A stretch of 32,000 nt of DNA from Haloquadratum walsbyi C23. GTDB lineage: Archaea > Halobacteriota > Halobacteria > Halobacteriales > Haloferacaceae. The position numbers and the translations under genes were made by a program. The DNA lies in NCBI RefSeq assembly GCF_000237865.1, contig NC_017459.1, positions 2,970,001 to 3,002,000 of the forward strand, written 5' to 3'. Shown here in pieces: positions 27,637-32,000 of this stretch (positions are counted from its first letter, which is position 1; every line of letters begins with the position of its first letter). A model generated the notes under the pieces. That model saw nothing but the letters and a program-made list of their open reading frames with translations. It was not told the DNA's origin and made no database searches.

Positions 27637-27642
27637 TTTTTT
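27637..27642 (+). terminator. oligo-T tract after stop 27534
   Basis: A T6 run (GGTGGGTTTTTTG) follows an AT-rich spacer. Confidence 0.3.
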
Positions 27643-27844
27643 GAACCCCAGCAGGGTGCGGGGAATCCGAATGCCCGCGTTCAACCGATGGAGATGAATC
27701 CGACTACCGACCCACGAACAGTCGTACAGGATGCGAGTGAGCGATGGCAGGCGAGCGGTCGCCGAGCTCCGTAACTGACTCCGTCTCGGCCCGGATTTAT
27801 TTCGTCGGCGCCGAATCCGTCCCCCGCATTTCCTCACGCTTGAG

Positions 27845-27852
27845 TTTAAATA
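27845..27852 (+). promoter_or_regulatory. TATA-box-like element
   Basis: TTTAAATA ends 31 nt upstream of ATG 27883. This spacing fits a leaderless or short-leader archaeal transcript. Confidence 0.35.
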
Positions 27853-27882
27853 CCAAAACCGGGGGAAACGAGGAGCGAATCG

Positions 27883-28755
27883 ATGACGAACCGCAACTCA
27901 GACCGAGACGCGTTCCAACCTGTCGGGGAAGGCGCTCTGGTGCCGGACCCAGCGCTGGATCAGCCAGCAGACCGCTAGCCAACTCGCCAGCGTGAATCCT
28001 CGCATTCGGGCGGATATCCGGACGGAACTACCGGCACAGACCGAGCCTGTGTCTCCTGTGACGCATCGATCCCGGCGTCGCAAGGAAAATGCCGGTTCTG
28101 TCTCGAACACGAACTCGACGGCGCGTCGGAGTCGGGTGCTGCGGGTTCCGAGCAGACACTGCGTGGTGTGATCCACTTCCTCGTCGAATCGGGGACGTTC
28201 TACGGCGCCGTGGCAAAGGGAGCAGCAGCAGCGACGCTTCTCTCGTCAAGTCACGACCAGCCAATCGACGACTGTACGCTCATCTACGATCTCGACGACG
28301 AGCCCGCACCCCAGCTAACCGAGCGCTGGCCTACGCTCCCCGCTGCTGCCGAGGTGACCTCAGCGGCTGGCGACGCGTTGCTATCAGCGTCCCGTGAGCG
28401 GGCAGGGGAAGAAGATGGGAGGAACAATCGCCCGCAGACGGAGCTCCCGCGCGTCTATGACGAGCGTGGGCAGGGAATTCGTGATGGGTCATCCCTCGAG
28501 CACGCTCTCGACGACGGCGACCAGTTGTGGATCGTCCCAGCAGTTGCTGTTGAAACAGTTCCTCGTGAAACGGAATCCACCAGTACCGGGGCCGAAATTC
28601 CGACCGTGACAGCCCTCGAGTGCCAGCACTGTACGAGAGAAACAGAACATCGGTTCAGGACACGTGAGTCGCTCCCTGACGAGACCTGGACAGGCCAACC
28701 AATCTGGGAGTGCCAGGTGTGTGGCACAGGTCGCTACGGACCTGCTCCCGAATAG
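27883..28755 (+). pseudogene. double zinc-ribbon protein gene with an in-frame TAG at 27976-27978
   Basis: MTNRNSDRDAFQPVGEGALVPDPALDQPADR-TAG-PTRQRESSHSGGYPDGTTGTDRACVSCDASIPASQGKCRFCLEHELDG...ALECQHCTRETEHRF..IWECQVCGTGRYGPAPE. There is no ATG or GTG between the TAG and the first CxxC..CxxC ribbon; the first in-frame start after it is GTG 28168. Confidence 0.6.
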
Positions 28756-29006
28756 GGCAGGAGGAACCTCGCCGATTAACTAACAGTCTCCGATAGAGAT
28801 GACTTCTGGTGGTTAATACGGCAAGTATCTTCAACTCCGACGTCAGTCACAGCGGGCGTTCATTCGGCAGGGTTCGCAGCGGCTTGCCTCCACAAATCGG
28901 GGCGGGAACAGGGGTAGTGGGTAACGCTCCGTGACATCGTCGAGTCCGGAAACGTCACGCCAACCACAGCACGGACGTATCATCAGACGCTCGATGAACT
29001 CGCGGT

Positions 29007-29495
29007 CTAGACGGGCCGGGTCGGGAGCGAGGGCGCTCCATTCTTCCAGTGAATCGCATCTAGCGCGGGCGGGAACTGCTGGAGTCGGTCATCGAGAACG
29101 GCGAGTGGATGCGCATCAAGAAACGTCTCGCTATGCCGGTCGACAGGCCTGTCTTCGTGATTGAGTTGGATGTGACAGGGCCCAAGATCCGGATGGTCGG
29201 CGTCTTGGTGGAAGCCGAGCATCAGATTTCGGTCCGGTTCGACCCAGTTGATGCGGTAGTATTCGTGGTCGACGCTGGCGGGGTACCAGAAGCGAATCTC
29301 CAACCATGCGGTCGCCGCGTCGTACGAGTCACTCAGGAACGTCGTCGGATCGACATCCGTGATGACGTACCGGGGTCGGCGTCGAGACGGGCGATAGCGG
29401 ACCTCTTCACACCCTGGCTGGTTCGTCAATCGGTCGTGAACATCGCGGAGGAGGGTCCGCTGTGTATAGCGGTCGCGACCGGCAAGAAAGATCAT
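29007..29495 (-). CDS. DUF6516/TumE-like protein (candidate toxin; family assignment unverified)
   Basis: 162 aa. YRINWVEPDRNLMLGFHQDADHPDLGPCHIQLNHEDRP is a histidine-rich core. It lies 17 nt downstream of the wHTH gene on the same strand. Confidence 0.6.
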   Translation of the reverse strand: MIFLAGRDRYTQRTLLRDVHDRLTNQPGCEEVRYRPSRRRPRYVITDVDPTTFLSDSYDAATAWLEIRFWYPASVDHEYYRINWVEPDRNLMLGFHQDADHPDLGPCHIQLNHEDRPVDRHSETFLDAHPLAVLDDRLQQFPPALDAIHWKNGAPSLPTRPV

Positions 29496-29512
29496 TCTGT
29501 GAAAGAGGAGGA

Positions 29513-30064
29513 TTAGCTCGTGGCGCGGTCAGCCATGTCGGTCATCTGCTCGCGGGCGGCTTCAACGTCAGAGTAGAGTTCCAGTGCGTGCTTGATGAGG
29601 CGGCGATCCTCCTCGTTCTCGCGCCAGAACGCGATGACGTCGCGCCGGTCCCGAAGCTCCGCACTTGTGAGGTCGCCGTCGGCGAGCGACTGTTCGAGCT
29701 CCTCCCACGTCTCGACGTTATAGGTTGCCTGCCACTCCTCGATTTCCTCAGTAATCGCGGTCAATTCGCTCCGCAGCTCCTCGCGGGTGTTTTTCTCGAT
29801 GAGCGTGCGGATCTCCTCGAAGAGCAGTCGCGTGTAGTCCGGCTGGTAGCGCGTGGTCTCGCCGGCCTCGACGCGACGCAACTGACCCTGGTCGACGAGT
29901 TCTTGAACTTCCTCGTTGGTCGTGCTCCAGGCGGCGTCGGCCTGCTCGCTAATCCAATTAACTGAGCGGGGTTCGCGAAGTGACTCGGCGACCGCCCGAA
30001 TGCGGTCGCGGGCGCTCATCGACTCAGTCCACGATTGGACCCCATCTCGCGGGGATTCGGTCAT
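29513..30064 (-). CDS. winged-helix plus coiled-coil protein (candidate antitoxin or regulator)
   Basis: 183 aa from the ATG at 30064-30062. MTESPRDGVQSWTESMSARDRIRAVAESLREPRSVNWISEQADAAWSTTNEEVQELVDQGQLRRVE is wHTH-like, followed by an E/R-rich helical region. Confidence 0.6.
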   Translation of the reverse strand: MTESPRDGVQSWTESMSARDRIRAVAESLREPRSVNWISEQADAAWSTTNEEVQELVDQGQLRRVEAGETTRYQPDYTRLLFEEIRTLIEKNTREELRSELTAITEEIEEWQATYNVETWEELEQSLADGDLTSAELRDRRDVIAFWRENEEDRRLIKHALELYSDVEAAREQMTDMADRATS

Positions 30065-30199
30065 GGTTGGCACCTCTTGGGACAGTGTTCGCACCCTGCT
30101 CTCATATATGTTTGTACCCTCTCGCATAATCAAGAGTAGATTCGAGCGAAGGCGTCCGGACGTTGAAATGCAATACCGATAGAAGCTACGAACCAACCG

Positions 30200-30376
30200 A
30201 TGTACGACCGATATTCTGACTTTGCAGAACTACGGCCGACCGGCGAGGCATCCCACAGCCCGGACACGATGCTGGACGACGGGTGTGAGAGTGACCTCCT
30301 GGCGCCAACGCGGTGCGACGAGCACTGGTGGCGACGACAGTCTCGTAAGGAGTCTCTCTGCGCCGGCGAGTGGTGA
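30200..30376 (+). CDS. 58-aa Cys/Trp-containing small ORF (below the 60-aa ORF-track cutoff)
   Basis: MYDRYSDFAELRPTGEASHSPDTMLDDGCESDLLAPTRCDEHWWRRQSRKESLCAGEW. ATG start. Its stop lies 10 nt before the next ATG, and it is divergent from the 30064 gene. Confidence 0.35.
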   Translation: MYDRYSDFAELRPTGEASHSPDTMLDDGCESDLLAPTRCDEHWWRRQSRKESLCAGEW

Positions 30377-30386
30377 GGCGCTTCCG

Positions 30387-30572
30387 ATGAATCAGCAAGT
30401 CGAGGGCTACCGGATGCATCGTGTGCTCAGCAATCTCAGCCGGCTCGACGTTGACCAGTTGGACGACGCGGATCGAGAGCGAGTCGAGACTGCAAGAGAC
30501 CTTCTGGAAGAAGTGAGCATACTCACGCGACCAGAGGACGGGAGCAGACCAGACACCCCAACAGACGACTGA
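30387..30572 (+). CDS. 61-aa hypothetical protein
   Basis: MNQQVEGYRMHRVLSNLSRLDVDQLDDADRERVETARDLLEEVSILTRPEDGSRPDTPTDD. The upstream 55 codons of ORF 30222-30572 are not protein-like. Confidence 0.4.
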   Translation: MNQQVEGYRMHRVLSNLSRLDVDQLDDADRERVETARDLLEEVSILTRPEDGSRPDTPTDD

Positions 30573-30657
30573 TTTCATCGCCGTCGACGCCAGGGGCACT
30601 TCCAGTGTCGGTTTATCACCCCCAAAGAGAGGTACGGGGCTTCCTGCGGGTCCAGAC

Positions 30658-31038
30658 ATGGCGACACCACAAGCTGCGACGACGTCAATCGGCGCGATCG
30701 TATCGGATCCACAGGCAGTCCGCGAGCTCTGTGAGAGCTACTGCTTCGGGACGCTCGACTGGGAGGTCACCGACGAGGGCGAACTCACCATCTGGGGGTA
30801 CGATGACTTCGAAGTGTACGAGGCGCGGGAGAACGGCCTCCCAGACTACGAGGGCGGCATCGTGACCCCCGAATTCTTGCGAGAACTCGCCGACCATCTC
30901 GAAGCCGACGAGGAACTCGACATCCAGACAGCGGGATTCACGAAGTGTCGCTTCCCAGTACTGGTGAAGCGGTACGTCGCTCGTGACGGTCAAGTCCTCC
31001 ACGCGGACCTCAGTTCCCCCGACCCGATCGACGAGTAG
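30658..31038 (+). CDS. acidic hypothetical protein
   Basis: 126 aa (MATPQAATTSIGAIVSDPQAVRELCESYCFGTLDWEVTDEGELTIWGYDDFEVYEARENGLPDYEGG...). Confidence 0.6.
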   Translation: MATPQAATTSIGAIVSDPQAVRELCESYCFGTLDWEVTDEGELTIWGYDDFEVYEARENGLPDYEGGIVTPEFLRELADHLEADEELDIQTAGFTKCRFPVLVKRYVARDGQVLHADLSSPDPIDE

Positions 31039-31105
31039 CGTTGTTCGTCCCCCGGGAGGGGTGCGGGGCGATCCAGTCGCGGTCGCCCCGTGAGGTGATT
31101 GCTCG

Positions 31106-31306
31106 ATGGGTCACCGCGCACTTGTTGCGTACGAACGGACAGACAGACAGTACACGCTCCACTACAGCCACTGGGGCGCAGCGAACCTGAAGCTCAAACA
31201 CCGGATTTCGGCAGAGTCGCCGTTCGGTGGCGAGGACACCAACTCCAAGTGGGCGAAACAGCTGCTTCAGCTCAGGTGGTCAATTTGCGAAGTCAGATAC
31301 TCTTGA
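31106..31306 (+). pseudogene. N-terminal remnant of a larger conserved gene (DUF6735-like by recollection)
   Basis: MGHRALVAYERTDRQYTLHYSHWGAANLKLKHRISAESPFGGEDTNSKWAKQLL looks genuine. From about 31265 the frame runs into the 3' end of the convergent gene 31267-31962 and becomes non-protein-like (QLRWSICEVRYS). Confidence 0.45.
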
Positions 31307-31962
31307 AGAGCAGTGACCGTTTCTTCTGAGACAGCTGAGGTCCCGAAGTCACTCCGAAATCCGTGCTTGAGTTCGTCGCTCTCCAAGATTTCCGATCCAC
31401 GCTCAAGTTGCTCCCGTAGCGCATCGTCGTCCCCTCTCCGCAGATGGGGCGTGACAGCGTTGAGGTCGATCTCTTCAGCCACTGCCAGGACGTCTCGGAG
31501 GTCCGTTTCTCGGCCACTGTGGAGCTTTGCCGCGACAAGGACTGCCCCATCGATGACTCTGGCTGTCGTCGTTACTGTGCCCCCGCTCACCTCCTGTTGG
31601 TGGCTGTGATCGTACAGATAGTCGAACGACCACTGTGCCTCAGTCTGGCGACACCCGAGTCCGTTGACCAGGAGATCGAAGCCGATCGGCTGCTGTGGCG
31701 TGAGCCGCTTCTCGTACTCGATTACTTCGGTGTCGTAGAACCATTTCTTGGCGTGACTGTCCGTTTCCTCGAATCCCTGCTGTTCGAGGAACCCGACGAA
31801 GTCAGCCTTGGAGTCCGGCGCGACGACGATATCGAGGTCCGTGGAGAAGCGAGCATTGAACGCTGAGACAGCGTACCCGCCGACAAGAACGTACTTGTGG
31901 TCCTGTTGGGTGAGCTCCTCGAGCAGTTCGATGAGCGCGTCACTCCGGTTGTTGAAGCTCAT
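31267..31962 (-). CDS. nucleotidyltransferase-fold protein (AbiEii/MNT-like candidate toxin)
   Basis: 231 aa. YVLVGGYAVSAFNARFSTDLDIVVAPDS is a GG..x..D-x-D minimal NTase motif. Its ATG overlaps the stop of an upstream gene (ATGA). Confidence 0.65.
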   Translation of the reverse strand: MSFNNRSDALIELLEELTQQDHKYVLVGGYAVSAFNARFSTDLDIVVAPDSKADFVGFLEQQGFEETDSHAKKWFYDTEVIEYEKRLTPQQPIGFDLLVNGLGCRQTEAQWSFDYLYDHSHQQEVSGGTVTTTARVIDGAVLVAAKLHSGRETDLRDVLAVAEEIDLNAVTPHLRRGDDDALREQLERGSEILESDELKHGFRSDFGTSAVSEETVTALQEYLTSQIDHLS

Positions 31963-32000
31963 GGCTGCGCTCGTTCCGTTTCCCGGTACGTGACGCCGAG
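31959..32000 (-). CDS. 3' end of an upstream gene translationally coupled to the nucleotidyltransferase (partial)
   Basis: The last 13 codons read LGVTYRETERAQP-TGA, with the TGA overlapping ATG 31962-31960. The rest is outside the window. Confidence 0.3.
   Translation of the reverse strand, partial: LGVTYRETERAQP

Noticed and set aside
26544-27978. Selenocysteine, pyrrolysine or genetic-code reassignment as the explanation for the in-frame TGA, TAA and TAG
   Set aside because: Three different stop codons are involved, and the same codons terminate neighbouring genes normally. I saw no SECIS- or PYLIS-like hairpin immediately downstream. I do not recall haloarchaea using Sec or Pyl. Nonsense mutation is the simpler reading; read-through remains testable.
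1-32000. CRISPR array, cas genes, rRNA operon
   Set aside because: No regularly spaced direct repeats with unique spacers were seen. R1 and R2 copies are dispersed and irregular. No rRNA-like conserved strings were seen.

Overview
The window reads as a haloarchaeal chromosome segment: strongly acidic proteins, a halophile-type ferredoxin and an intein-bearing PolD. Low GC and gene content suggest a Haloquadratum-like host, but that is inference only. Positions 1-23.1 kb are housekeeping: a hemL(partial)-hemC-SUMT-hemD tetrapyrrole cluster, a metY-type sulfhydrylase, a PiT phosphate transporter, a 2Fe-2S ferredoxin, malate dehydrogenase, a PPC-domain protein, a HAD hydrolase, a sulfatase-family protein and an Nfu-type Fe-S protein. 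The same stretch holds a 2289-aa DNA polymerase II (PolD) large subunit carrying two inteins only 29 extein residues apart. Intergenic space is large and carries two short repeat families: R1 (hairpin followed by GGATG) and R2 (CCCTCAAGGAGCGAAC..GAGTAGGATGGGG..AGTTCAC). There is also one ~0.46 kb GC-enriched, helix-rich segment with no convincing ORF (8553-9016), bracketed by R1-like hairpins. From about 23.29 kb to the window end the DNA becomes clearly GC-rich. This is an accessory island of small genes. Toxin-antitoxin-like pairs there look intact: RHH-PIN, wHTH plus a DUF6516-like protein, and a translationally coupled nucleotidyltransferase pair. The genes between them are visibly damaged: a 5' truncation plus a 128-bp MITE, a dinucleotide-tract frameshift, in-frame TGA, TAA and TAG stops in three successive genes, and a 3'-truncated gene. 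No rRNA, tRNA or CRISPR array was recognised. All family names come from motif recognition by eye and need HMM or BLAST confirmation.
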